Of a stretch of DNA of 64,000 nucleotides, positions 31,223 through 41,044 are shown in pieces; within the stretch, counting starts at the first letter, position 1; each line of letters starts with the position of its first letter. Source of the stretch: Myxococcota bacterium (GTDB lineage: Bacteria > Myxococcota > XYA12-FULL-58-9 > JALHOP01); assembly GCA_022842935.1 (NCBI GenBank), contig JALHOP010000011.1, positions 90,206-154,205 on the forward strand, read 5' to 3'. The translations under genes and the position numbers were made by a program. The notes below the pieces were generated by a model. It had not been told where the DNA came from. It ran no database searches and was given only the letters and a program-made list of their open reading frames with translations.

Positions 31223-32155
31223 TCATTGCGCGTACCAGCCCGCGCGGCCCGAGACAGCGATCGGATCATCACTCGCGTCCACGAGCGGACTCAAGTCCGC
31301 GTAAGCGGCCGACACCGTCGCCGTTGGGTCGAAGGGGACGCGGTAGAGCGTTGGGATACTGATCTCACCGCCGCAACACTTCTGCTCGAAGAGCAGATAG
31401 CGCTCGTCGGGTGAAAGCGCGGCGCGGAACTGGGAGATGCCGTCGCGCGTCAGCGGGCGAATGAGCCCAGTCGTCGTGTCGAGAATATCGAGATGCGAGA
31501 AGAAGCCCGAGTCGAAGATGACGTAGCGCCCGTCACGCGTCATCACGGGATTCTCTGCGGCCTCGAGCGTTGGAGTGTCCAGGCGGGTAAAGAGCGTGCG
31601 AGCGACATTTGATACGTAGATGCCGGTACCCTCTTCGTCCACAGCGAGCAGTCGGCCATCCGGCGCAAAGCTCGGCCCGTCCACCCCATCAAAGGTCGTG
31701 CACCGGTGTGGAGGCGCGACGTCGCAAAGATAGGTGCGCGGCCCGCGCGTCTCACCGAAGTCGACGTCCAAGCTGAAGGCGACGAGGCTCGCGTCGGGCG
31801 AGATGGCGGCGCCGCTCGTCGCGAACGACAGATCCTCCTCGACGGTGAAGCTCGTGACGAGTGCGCCCGTGCTTTGTGTGACGGTGATGCGCACGGCGTC
31901 GTCGAGCTCGCCCAACTGCGCGATGGCGCCGTTTCCCGCGACGCCAACGCCGCCCTCGATGTCCTCGTCCGCGCGAAAGAACCTTACGCTCTCGGTCGCC
32001 ACATCGAAGACGTAGATGGCCTCTTCGATGCTGTCGCCAAAGGTCGCGACGAAGTTGTAGACGATGGAGCCGGCCGCAGCGTCTTGATCGCCGTCGTTCT
32101 CGCCACCACCACAGCCAACCAGCGCGACGACACCAAGCAGAGTTGCGTACCGCAT
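31223..32155 (-). CDS. Lipoprotein with TolB-like beta-propeller repeats
   Basis: ORF trimmed to the ATG at 32155. The lipobox is MRYATLLGVVALVGCGG. Repeated propeller-type motifs are SPDASLVAFS, APDGRLLAVD, TRDGRYVIFDS and SPDERYLLFE. Confidence 0.65.
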   Translation of the reverse strand: MRYATLLGVVALVGCGGGENDGDQDAAAGSIVYNFVATFGDSIEEAIYVFDVATESVRFFRADEDIEGGVGVAGNGAIAQLGELDDAVRITVTQSTGALVTSFTVEEDLSFATSGAAISPDASLVAFSLDVDFGETRGPRTYLCDVAPPHRCTTFDGVDGPSFAPDGRLLAVDEEGTGIYVSNVARTLFTRLDTPTLEAAENPVMTRDGRYVIFDSGFFSHLDILDTTTGLIRPLTRDGISQFRAALSPDERYLLFEQKCCGGEISIPTLYRVPFDPTATVSAAYADLSPLVDASDDPIAVSGRAGWYAQ

Positions 32156-32316
32156 GATCGGTCGCCCTAGCCGCGCGCGTGACCCATCGTCAACCTGGCG
32201 AGCCGTCGGTCGCCCAAAGAGTCCCGACCGAAACGTCATTTCCTGGTGAATGGCGGGCTACCGACACCCGTCATCATCGGTGAGGCGGGAGCAGGCCGCC
32301 CTCAACCGGAGTATCC

Positions 32317-33321
32317 ATGCAGCGAACCGCCATTCTGGGCCTCGGCCACTACGTTCCCAGCCGAGTCGTCACCAACGTCGAGCTCTCGAAACGCATGGAC
32401 ACGAGCGACGAGTGGATCCAGCAACGTACCGGCATCAAAGAGCGCCGCCATGTCGATTTTCCAAACGACCCAATGGGCTCTTCCGACCTCGCGGCCCGCG
32501 CCGCCGCCAACGCTTTAGCGGACGCCGGCTGTGCCGCCACCGACATCGACTGCATCATCTACGCGACGCTCAGCCCCGACAGAAACTTCCCCGGCGACGG
32601 GGTGCTCGTGGGAGCAAAGCTTGGCCTCGCCGGGGTGCCTGCCCTCGACATTCGCAACCAGTGTTCGGGCTTTCTTTATGGTCTGCAGGTCGCCGACGCG
32701 TTCCTGAAGGCGGGGACCTACAAGCGCATCTTGCTCATCGGCAGCGAGGTCCACTCGACGGGCCTCGACTTCACTGACCGGGGTCGCGATGTCGCGGTCA
32801 TTTTCGGCGACGGCGCCGGGGCGGCTGTGCTCGGGCCTGCCCGCGACGACAGTCAAGGAGTGCTCGCGGTCGCGCTGCACGCTGACGGCCGTTTTGCCGA
32901 CGAGCTGCATCTTCCCTTCCCCTCGAGCGCCAAGATGCCGCGCATCACCGAAGAGGATGTTCGCGCCGGCAAGCACTACCCAGTCATGAACGGCAAGAAT
33001 GTCTTCAAACACGCGATTGTGCGTATGCCCGAAGTCGTCGGCGAGGTTCTCGCTGCCGCAGGCCTTGCCGTCTCCGACATCGATATGCTCATCCCGCACC
33101 AGGCAAACCTGCGCATCAGCGAGGCGGTGCAGAAGAAGCTCGAGCTCCCCGACGCGAAGGTGTTCAACAACATTCAAAAGTACGGCAATACGACCGCCGC
33201 ATCGATTCCCCTGGCTCTCGACGAGGCCGTCCGCCAAGGCAGAGTCGCGCGCGGCGATCTGGTCTGCCTGACCGCCTTCGGTGCGGGATTCACGTGGGGC
33301 GGCGCACTCTTGCGATACTAG
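32317..33321 (+). CDS. fabH: 3-oxoacyl-ACP synthase III
   Basis: 334 aa. It reads ILGLGHYVPSRVVTNVELSKRMDTSDEWIQQRTGIKERR, has the active-site Cys context IRNQCSGFLYGL, then HQANLRI and GNTTAASIPLAL. Confidence 0.93.
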   Translation: MQRTAILGLGHYVPSRVVTNVELSKRMDTSDEWIQQRTGIKERRHVDFPNDPMGSSDLAARAAANALADAGCAATDIDCIIYATLSPDRNFPGDGVLVGAKLGLAGVPALDIRNQCSGFLYGLQVADAFLKAGTYKRILLIGSEVHSTGLDFTDRGRDVAVIFGDGAGAAVLGPARDDSQGVLAVALHADGRFADELHLPFPSSAKMPRITEEDVRAGKHYPVMNGKNVFKHAIVRMPEVVGEVLAAAGLAVSDIDMLIPHQANLRISEAVQKKLELPDAKVFNNIQKYGNTTAASIPLALDEAVRQGRVARGDLVCLTAFGAGFTWGGALLRY

Positions 33322-33468
33322 TGCGTCGTCATAGCCCGCGTTTGCGTGCCGCCTAACCCGCGCGCGAGTTTTTGGCCAAGTTCGACGACTGCTGCCGCCG
33401 CTTCCGGCCTGACGAACGGTCAGGCGCCATAACGCACCAGCTCCGCCGCGACGTGTGCATGCTCATGG

Positions 33469-35298
33469 GTGAACAGCCCAACCGCGTCGGTTCGACGCCC
33501 GCCAATCGTCGTCATCGCGCTCCTCTTCCTTGCCTCGGCCTGCGGCAGCGAGACGGGGGCGACGTCAGAGGTCGAAGCGGTGCGCGGCGGCGACGGTGGA
33601 GCCTGGTGGGAGGGCGATGGGCGCGGACCAGGCGCCACCAACGACCCTCCACAGCAAGCGGGCCCGCGTGACGAGGTCTGTGATGGCCTCGACAACGACC
33701 TCGATGGAGAGACCGACGAAGACACTGGCGACGGTCAGCCATGTACGAGCGAGAACGGCTTGGCTGGCACATGGCGGTGCGTCGCCGGCGACCGTGTCTG
33801 TCAGGACTGCCGACCCGGTGACGTGCGTACACGCAGCTGCGGCTGCGGCGGAGACACGGAGGACGCATGCAACAATGCCGGCCGCTGGGTCATCGGAGCA
33901 TGCGGTTGCCCCGACCTAACGGATGACAGCTGCGCTCTCGATCCAGAATGCCAGCCCGGCGAAGAAAGGGTGCGGCGATGCGATGCGTGTGTAGCTGGTC
34001 AAGACTGCGGTAGCTCGTGCATGGGGGCCCTGTTTCGCTGCACCAGCGCGTGCACGTGGCAGCAAGTCGGAGGCTGCGAAGTACGCCCGCCGTCGTGCGA
34101 CCGCGATCTCGTTCGCGTCGAAGAGTGCGGCAAGTGTGGCCGCCGCGAGGTCACCTGCGACGGCTGTTTCTTCGTCGAAAGCCCGTGCAGTGACCAGGGC
34201 GCCTGTCGTCCCGGCGATTCGCAAGCCGTCTCCTGTTTCGACAACGCTTGTGTCGAGGGGTATGCGGCGTCTGTCCGCTGTAACGAACAATGCTCCTGGG
34301 AGCCGCGTTCCTGTGAGGGCTGCGCCATCGGACCGCCGCGCGACGTCGACATTCTCTGTGTTGACGGTCATGCCGAGTGCGGCAGGCGCGTCGTTCGTAG
34401 TCACTGCGAGCTGCAACGGACGGTCACCTCGTGCGAGGGCACCGCCCTCGCGATCGGCCAAGATTCCACCGAGACCGTGCTTGACGAGTGCGCCAACGTC
34501 GTCGCGGCGGGGTTTTGCACCCCGAGTGAAGTCACCACCCAATTGTTGTCGTGTGGTCCGAACGCTTGCGGTCGCAGTCGTACTCTCACGCGTACGTGCC
34601 TTGCGAACGGCTGCGGCGCGACCGAGGTGGTCTCGGGGAGCTGCCCGACGTGTTCGGAGGGTCAAACCTACCAGCGCGCATGCACGACCGCGACCGGTGG
34701 TTGCGGCAGCCAATCGGTAACCTGCGATAGCACGTGCGAGTGGGGCGACGTTTCGGAGTGCGTCCAAGTTCCCGACACGTGCGTGGCAGGCTCCGAGATC
34801 GTTGACGAGATCTCGTGCGGCCCGAACGCCTGTGGCCGCACCATCACACGCATCCGCACATGCCCAGGTAACGGTTGTGGCTGGTCTGAGACCACCGTCG
34901 GGTCGTGCGGAAGCTGTACGGACGGTCAGAACGACAGTCGCGCTTGCACCACCGCGGCAGGCGCATGTGGACTGCAATCGCGAGGTTGTGCCGCCGGGTG
35001 CGAATGGGGCGCTTGGTCGGACTGCACGCCCATCGCGGGTTTGTGCACCCCCGGCGAGCGGCAGACCCGCAGCTGCACTGCGGCATGCAATAAACCAGGC
35101 ACGGCTCTATGGGAGTGCTCGGGTGGATGCGGCGAATGGACACAGGTGGGCGCCTGCGAGTCCGCGTTGGTGCAATGCAATCCGGGAACAACCGAAACGA
35201 TCGGGCCGTGCCCGCTATGTCCCTCTGTCCCGCAGACGCGCACCTGTGACGCTGCAACCTGCGACTGGGTGATGTCGACGTGCCCGATTTGCCTCTGA
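33469..35298 (+). CDS. Cys-rich secreted lipoprotein with DxDxDG-type motif and duplicated ~88-aa Cys modules
   Basis: GTG start. The lipobox is VVIALLFLASAC. It reads DEVCDGLDNDLDGETDE and has very many Cys residues. Modules starting SCGPNACGR at 34549 and 34813 are clear paralogues. Confidence 0.7.
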   Translation: MNSPTASVRRPPIVVIALLFLASACGSETGATSEVEAVRGGDGGAWWEGDGRGPGATNDPPQQAGPRDEVCDGLDNDLDGETDEDTGDGQPCTSENGLAGTWRCVAGDRVCQDCRPGDVRTRSCGCGGDTEDACNNAGRWVIGACGCPDLTDDSCALDPECQPGEERVRRCDACVAGQDCGSSCMGALFRCTSACTWQQVGGCEVRPPSCDRDLVRVEECGKCGRREVTCDGCFFVESPCSDQGACRPGDSQAVSCFDNACVEGYAASVRCNEQCSWEPRSCEGCAIGPPRDVDILCVDGHAECGRRVVRSHCELQRTVTSCEGTALAIGQDSTETVLDECANVVAAGFCTPSEVTTQLLSCGPNACGRSRTLTRTCLANGCGATEVVSGSCPTCSEGQTYQRACTTATGGCGSQSVTCDSTCEWGDVSECVQVPDTCVAGSEIVDEISCGPNACGRTITRIRTCPGNGCGWSETTVGSCGSCTDGQNDSRACTTAAGACGLQSRGCAAGCEWGAWSDCTPIAGLCTPGERQTRSCTAACNKPGTALWECSGGCGEWTQVGACESALVQCNPGTTETIGPCPLCPSVPQTRTCDAATCDWVMSTCPICL

Positions 35299-35394
35299 AC
35301 GAGGGCCCGAGCGCAGTCATGGAGAGCGTCAGGAGGCGGTCGAGCTCGCGAACCCATGCCTCGGCCCCCTGACGCCGCGGCAGGCTACGCCCGG

Positions 35395-35697
35395 TTACTG
35401 AAGCAGCTGGTCCGCAGGGTTCGGCCCCGACAGCTCAATCTCGCCAAACCGGTCTTCGTAGCGGCGGATGTTCTCTTGCAGCGCGTGCAGGAGGCGCTTG
35501 GTGTGCCGGGCACTCGAAATGATGCGCGCCCGCACTTTCGCCTTGGGCTGTTGCGGCTGTAAGTACATGACGTCAATCGTGAACTCGTTTTCGGTGTGGT
35601 TTACGAGGGCGAGGTTCACATACAGGCCCTGGGCGACGTCATCGTCGAGCTGAATCTGGATTTGCACGTGTTTGCCGCGATTTGCCTCGTCACTCAT
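35395..35697 (-). CDS. DUF3467-family protein
   Basis: ORF trimmed to the ATG at 35697. It reads QGLYVNLALVNHTENEFTIDVMYLQP...VRARIISSARHTKRLLHALQENIRRYEDRFGEI, which matches the DUF3467 pattern. Confidence 0.7.
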   Translation of the reverse strand: MSDEANRGKHVQIQIQLDDDVAQGLYVNLALVNHTENEFTIDVMYLQPQQPKAKVRARIISSARHTKRLLHALQENIRRYEDRFGEIELSGPNPADQLLQ

Positions 35698-35787
35698 GGC
35701 CTTGGCCTCCGGCAGGGCGACTCGCATACTTTGGCCGTGGGCGCAAAGCCCAGTATAATTTCCAGAACGTTAATAAGGTGGTCTCGG

Positions 35788-38700
35788 GTGTGCCGATTCG
35801 TCGCCGCGGCCGTCGTCGTAACTCTCTTCGCCGCCCTGTCGGCATGCAAAGACGATCCCGTCCCCACCGAGATCGACGTCGAGATCTTCTCGACTGTCGC
35901 CCGCCTCGATCGCATCCACCTGATGGTGCGCGATCAGTCGCTTGACCGCGATCGCGGATACACCTGGGCCGAGCTCGATGTCGCGAACGTCGCCGACCGC
36001 GACCTAACCGCTTCGCCAGCGCTGGTGCGCCTGTCACAGAGCGAGGCGCTCAAGGGCAAGCCGTTTTTGCTTTACGCCACGGGCTTCGTCGCTGACGGCG
36101 GAGGCTCTCAGCGCTTGACGGTCGCGGGTGCCATCACGCTGCAATATGTGGAGAACGAGCGGCAGGTGAAGCGCGTTCGCTTGAACAGCGACTTCCTCGC
36201 GACCGACCGCGATGGCGATGGCTTCCGCACCTGCGGCAGCTTCAGTCCGCCGACCGACCCCGCCGAGCAGAACGCGCTCGACGACGCCAAGAACTGCGAC
36301 TGCAACGACAACAACAACCTCATCAACGGCTTCAACACCGAGATCTGCGGCGACAACACCGACAACAATTGCACCGGCTGGCCCTACGACGAGAACTGCG
36401 CCGACTGCGTCGAAGATCAACCGTGCACCAACTTGCCCCCCGAGCAGTGGCTGTTGGCGGGTGTCGGCGCGTGCTCGCTCGGCGTCTTCCGCTGCGTCCC
36501 CACGGTCGTTGATGGACAAAGCGTGCGTCGTTTGAGCACCACCTGCGAAGGCGCGCAGGGCCCGAGCACCGAGGTCGTCGACGGTCGAGACAACGATTGT
36601 GACGGCGTCGCCGACGAGCTCACCCCCTGCCTCGACGGAACGCCTCCGCGCGTCTGCTTCATGGGGTTCATCGAGACCGAAGCCACGACGCGCGCGCGGG
36701 GCGACTGCCGGGTCGGCGAACAGCGCTGCGTCGGCGGGGTCTGGGAAAACCAGTGCCGCAATGAAGTGCGTCCGCAGCGTCCGCCACGTGACACCCTCGA
36801 GCAAGACAACGCCCTTCCCATCGCCTGGAGCGGCATCGGCTTCTTCGAGCTCGCCATTCCGAGCCGCGGCGTCCAGCAGTGCGATGGGCGCGACAATGAC
36901 TGCGACGGCTTTTATGACGAGGAGCCGACCTTCGACTTCGACAACGACGGCTACACCTACTGCGGCACCAACGACGCACCGCCGGCCGTGCCGCGTCAGC
37001 ACACCGTCCCCGGGCTTGCGCCCATCAACGTCGATTGCAACGACAACACAGCGGCTGTAAACCCGGGCGCCGAAGAACGCTGCGACGACAGCATCGACAA
37101 CGACTGCTCGTGCGATCACGGTGATGCCATCAGCGGCAGCGGCGGCGTCGTGAGCGGCGTCGACTGCTTCAATCCCGACACGTTCCTCGATTGTTCACGG
37201 AGTGAGCGCGTCAGCTCGCCCTCGGGCACCTGCGACGAGACGGCCGGCGGCGTCTTCTACGCGCGCTACGGTAACTCGCCCACCGCGCCGAATCGTCTCT
37301 TCGGGTGTTTCCCCTGCCGCTCAGCCTACGGCCTCACCTGCGGCGGTGATGGTGTTAGTTGCTCCGCCAAGAGCGAAGCCTGCTGCATCGCGGGTGCTTG
37401 CCCCTCTCCCGATACGCTCACCGACGCAGGCGACGGCTCACGCGCCGGAGCCATCTTCCGTCCGTTCTGCGCCGAGCCCGAACCGGGCACCTGCACGTGC
37501 ACCGTTGGTCCGTCATGGCGTGCAGCAGCGGCCGGCACCGAGCCGAACAACGGCGGCGCGCCCCTCGATGAGCGCGACGACTGCGGCGCTATCGATTGCA
37601 CCGCCTACTTCCTCGGTGTCGATGCCGTTGACGGCCGCTGCTACACGCGCGCCGACATCCCCGAGGCCGAGGCGTTCTGCATGGGTAGGCCGCTCTGCGC
37701 GCCGAGCGTCGTCAACCCAAGTTGCTGCACCGGCGAGACCGGCCAGAACTGCTGCGAGACGCCGGCCGACCGCTGCCCGAGCCGCGATGCGCGTGGCCCC
37801 GAACACGCGGCGGGTCGTGCCATCTGCCAGCAAGTGACGGCAGGCACGTGCGTCGGCCAGGCGCCACCAACGTATCAGCCCGTGCCGGTGAACACCGACC
37901 CGTTCAATGACTGCGCCGGTGGTCTCAACTGCAATGGCGCGGGCGCCTGCTTGTTGCCGCAAGGCAGCGCGTGCAGCGGCGCGGGCCAGTGCAACTCGGG
38001 GCTCAGCTGCGTCGACGGTGTTTGCTGTGGCTCGAGTGCGTGCGGCACCTGCCAGGCGTGCAACCTGCCGGGCTCCGAGGGTACCTGCACGCCGCACAGC
38101 TTCGAAGACGATCCCGGCACCTGCGACAACGACTGCACTGTTTGCTCGGCCGGCAGCTGCGCGACGCGCGGTGATGGCGACACGACGGAGTGTGGCACCT
38201 GCGCGTCGTGCAACGGCGGCAGTGGGGCTTGTGTCGGGGTCACCGCACCCGAAGGCAAGAACTGCAACGACGACTGCACGAGTTGCAATGCAGGCTCCTG
38301 TCAGAATCGCGGCGCCGGCGACTCGACCGAGTGCAACACCTGCCAGCAGTGCAACGTGCCGGGCGGCAACTGCACCGGCATTACCGCGAACGAGGGAAGA
38401 AACTGCACGGACGATTGTACCCAGTGCTCGGGCGGGAGCTGCGTGAACCGCGGCGCGGGTGATGCTGCCGAATGCGGGACGTGTCAGCAGTGCAACGCCT
38501 CCGGCGGTGATTGCATTGGCATCACAGCGGAGGACGGCAACAACTGCGGCTCTGACTGCAACTTCTGCAACGCTGGCTCGTGCACCACGCGCGCACCAGA
38601 CACTGGCACGGAATGCGGCACGTGCCAGCGCTGCGACGGTAGCTCAACGAGCTGTCAGAACGTGACTGCGGCGAACGGTCCCGGCTGTTCCGGACCGTGC

Positions 38701-39402
38701 TCACAATGCACCAACGGCTCCTGCCAGGGACGCGGCTCTGGCGACTTCACCGAGTGCACCACCACGTGTACCGCCTGCAGTGCCGCTTTCGCGGCATCGT
38801 GTACGAGCCGCACCGGGACGAACGGGCCAAACTGTAACGGGTCGGGGCAGTTCTGCTGCAACGGCGTATGCAACTCACCGGGGGGGAGCGCCGAGCTCGG
38901 AAACTCCTGCGGCAGCGGTGGCTGCAGCGGCTCGTGGCAGTGCTCGGGTACTGCCGGTGAGTGCTCATCCATTGGTGACGAGTGTGACACCTGCGATCTG
39001 GACACGATCGAAAACGGCACGTGTGGTGGTACCTGGGGCGAGACCTGTCAGCTCGGCACGACCACGGACTGCCCCACCTGCGAAACCTGCCAGCTGAGCG
39101 GTGGCGTCGGAGGTTGCGTCGACCGTGGTCCGGGCGACGACAATGATTCGCCGAACACCTGTCAGGGGAACAGCACCTGCGACGGCTTCGGCAACTGCCT
39201 GCTCGACCTCGGTCAGAGCTGCTCTAGTAACGGCGCGTGCTTCAGCGGCTGTTGTAGTTCGGGCTCGGGTTGCAGCGGCAGCGGCACCTGCCGCCTAAAC
39301 AATGGGGACCTGTGCACCAGCAGTGCGCAGTGCGCCAACGGCTGCTGCGACGACAACACATTTGGTAGCTGCAACGCGCCAGGTACATGCCGCACACCTT
39401 GA
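35788..39402 (+). CDS. Giant (about 1204 aa) Cys-rich lipoprotein: N-terminal DxDGDG/DNDC metal-binding-type motifs and a C-terminal array of 8-Cys repeats
   Basis: ORF 35596..39402. I place the start at the GTG at 35788, preceded by AAGGTGG. The lipobox is VCRFVAAAVVVTLFAALSAC. The N-terminal motifs are DRDGDGFRTC, CDCNDNN, GRDNDCDGVADE, GRDNDCDGFYDE and DDSIDNDCSC. Five tandem ~47-aa repeats follow. Confidence 0.75.
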   Translation: MCRFVAAAVVVTLFAALSACKDDPVPTEIDVEIFSTVARLDRIHLMVRDQSLDRDRGYTWAELDVANVADRDLTASPALVRLSQSEALKGKPFLLYATGFVADGGGSQRLTVAGAITLQYVENERQVKRVRLNSDFLATDRDGDGFRTCGSFSPPTDPAEQNALDDAKNCDCNDNNNLINGFNTEICGDNTDNNCTGWPYDENCADCVEDQPCTNLPPEQWLLAGVGACSLGVFRCVPTVVDGQSVRRLSTTCEGAQGPSTEVVDGRDNDCDGVADELTPCLDGTPPRVCFMGFIETEATTRARGDCRVGEQRCVGGVWENQCRNEVRPQRPPRDTLEQDNALPIAWSGIGFFELAIPSRGVQQCDGRDNDCDGFYDEEPTFDFDNDGYTYCGTNDAPPAVPRQHTVPGLAPINVDCNDNTAAVNPGAEERCDDSIDNDCSCDHGDAISGSGGVVSGVDCFNPDTFLDCSRSERVSSPSGTCDETAGGVFYARYGNSPTAPNRLFGCFPCRSAYGLTCGGDGVSCSAKSEACCIAGACPSPDTLTDAGDGSRAGAIFRPFCAEPEPGTCTCTVGPSWRAAAAGTEPNNGGAPLDERDDCGAIDCTAYFLGVDAVDGRCYTRADIPEAEAFCMGRPLCAPSVVNPSCCTGETGQNCCETPADRCPSRDARGPEHAAGRAICQQVTAGTCVGQAPPTYQPVPVNTDPFNDCAGGLNCNGAGACLLPQGSACSGAGQCNSGLSCVDGVCCGSSACGTCQACNLPGSEGTCTPHSFEDDPGTCDNDCTVCSAGSCATRGDGDTTECGTCASCNGGSGACVGVTAPEGKNCNDDCTSCNAGSCQNRGAGDSTECNTCQQCNVPGGNCTGITANEGRNCTDDCTQCSGGSCVNRGAGDAAECGTCQQCNASGGDCIGITAEDGNNCGSDCNFCNAGSCTTRAPDTGTECGTCQRCDGSSTSCQNVTAANGPGCSGPCSQCTNGSCQGRGSGDFTECTTTCTACSAAFAASCTSRTGTNGPNCNGSGQFCCNGVCNSPGGSAELGNSCGSGGCSGSWQCSGTAGECSSIGDECDTCDLDTIENGTCGGTWGETCQLGTTTDCPTCETCQLSGGVGGCVDRGPGDDNDSPNTCQGNSTCDGFGNCLLDLGQSCSSNGACFSGCCSSGSGCSGSGTCRLNNGDLCTSSAQCANGCCDDNTFGSCNAPGTCRTP
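38041..38754 (+). repeat. Five tandem coding repeats (50+47x4 aa) of pattern CGTCxxCN..G.C.G.TA.EG.NC.DDCT.C..GSC.NRGAGD..E
   Basis: Read from the translation of the 35788 gene. The units start CGTCQACN, CGTCASCN, CNTCQQCN, CGTCQQCN and CGTCQRCD. A sixth, degenerate unit follows. Confidence 0.85.
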
Positions 39403-39875
39403 AGCCGCTCTGGCTCGTCGCTCTCATCGCGCCCGCGTGCGCTGCAGAGTCCGAGCCCCGAGAGCCAGCGCGCCCGGCCGCTGCGGCGGCGCCTCGCGCC
39501 GTTCGCGACGACCAGGACCGTATTGAGCGTCCGCGCGTTGCCGCCGCGTCGTCGACGCGCACCGCCACCGACGCCAGCGCCGACCCCAAAGCCTTGAGTG
39601 AGGCCCAAGACCTGCTTCAACAAGGCCTCGCGGCCTACCACGTCGGCGCCTACGACGAGGCCGAGACTCTGCTAAAGCGGTCGATCACCCTCTACCCGTT
39701 CCTCGCTCCCGCAAACCTCGCGCTCGGCAAGATCTTCCTCTTGAAAGGCGCCGCAAACCGCGACGAAGCGCTCATCCAAAGTGCCCGTCTCATGTTCGAC
39801 ATGGCACACACCATCGACCCGTCGCTGCGCGAACCCATGGTGCTACTCGAGCTCTTCAAACCGCGCGGCAACTGA
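39387..39875 (+). CDS. Secreted TPR-like protein
   Basis: 162 aa. The signal-like N-terminus is LKPLWLVALIAPACAAE. The TPR-like helices read AQDLLQQGLAAYHVGAYDEAETLLKRSITLYP..APANLALGKIFLLKG. The start overlaps the end of the giant lipoprotein gene by 16 nt. Confidence 0.6.
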   Translation: MPHTLKPLWLVALIAPACAAESEPREPARPAAAAAPRAVRDDQDRIERPRVAAASSTRTATDASADPKALSEAQDLLQQGLAAYHVGAYDEAETLLKRSITLYPFLAPANLALGKIFLLKGAANRDEALIQSARLMFDMAHTIDPSLREPMVLLELFKPRGN

Positions 39876-40162
39876 CCCGCCGGCTGCCCCCTCCCAGTCG
39901 CCGCGCGGCTCAGAAAGCCAGGGGCGGAGACGACGAAAACTTTGTGGTGTTCGTCTCCGCATGACGTGCGCGCAAGGCGCGCGTCATGTCGATTCTTAAA
40001 ATAATGTCTTGACGCGCTTCCGCTATAGCGACCGACCGCAACGCACGCCTCCCCGTGAAGCCGCCGTGAAACGCACAGAGATTGCACTGGAGAGGACTTC
40101 TCGCCCGAGGGCCACCAGAGGGCGAGAAACGCGAGCGTAAGCTCGTTGATGCTTTGGTCACC

Positions 40163-40932
40163 ATGAACGCGCGCTTGGCCGCCGCCGAGTACCAGTTCTT
40201 AAAGCTCGTGCGTGAGCTCGAAGACGTCATTGTGCTCGGCTTCGACAGCTACCCGCGCTACCTCGCATGGCGGTGTGGCATGAGCCTTAAGACCGCTTAC
40301 GAGCGCGTGCGGGTCGCGCGAGCGCTCGCCACCTTGCCTGCTATCGCAAAAGAGCTCGAGGCGGGACGCATCGGCTACTCGAAGGTGCGTATCGTCACGC
40401 GCGTCGCAACGCCCGAGACCGACGCCAAGTACGCAAGTCTCTGCCTGCACGGGCCGGTGCACTTCCTCGAAGACGTCGTCCGGGTCCACGGGACGATTCT
40501 CCATGCGGAGACACAGAGCCGCGAGCGACAGCGTTATGTATCCATGCATACCGACGATGCGGGCATGGTGGTCGTGCGCGCGCGGCTTGCTCCCGATGAA
40601 GCCGCCATCTTGAAGAAAGCCTTGGGTGCAGCGCGCGCGACCGCTGAGCGGCTCATTAAACGCGGCTTTCAAACCTCGTGCTTGTCTGCTCGAAACATCA
40701 CCGCGCGCTTCACGAGGGTGGCTACACGCTGACCCGTGAGGGCGAGGAGCTCGTCTTTCGCTCGCCGTGCGGGACAGAGCTCGAGCCTGCCCCGGAGTCG
40801 CCAGCCGTCGCATGGGAGGAGCGCGCTTTCGCGGACATACCAACGCTGCCCACCGCGGAGCTCGCCCCCGGGGAGTATCTCACCAACCGCGACAACCGTG
40901 AGCGCTCGCTCGAATGGCTGTTGCAGCAGTGA
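40163..40932 (+). pseudogene. Degraded DUF222/HNH endonuclease gene (internal deletion plus frameshift)
   Basis: Frame 1 (40163..40732) gives the DUF222-type N-terminus: AEYQFLKLVRELED...YLAWRCGMSLKTAYERVRVARALATLPAIAKELEAGRIGYSKVRIV. It then runs into nonsense. Frame 2 (to 40932) continues NLVLVCSKHHRALHEGGYTL, the distal half of an HNH motif. The first His-containing half is missing. Confidence 0.65.
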
Positions 40933-41044
40933 GATGAGGGAGGGCGCTTGTGTGCCACGCGTGCACTCGAGACGCGATGCGCGCGCACAACGGGCGATGA
41001 GCGCCTGCGATAACCGACGCCTCCCATCAACCCTGGAGCGTCTC

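Noticed and set aside
33916-34977. 353-aa minus-strand ORF, plus a 361-aa minus-strand ORF at 36034..37119
   Set aside because: Both are antisense shadows of the two Cys-rich lipoprotein genes. The plus-strand frames have lipoboxes and regular Cys spacing.
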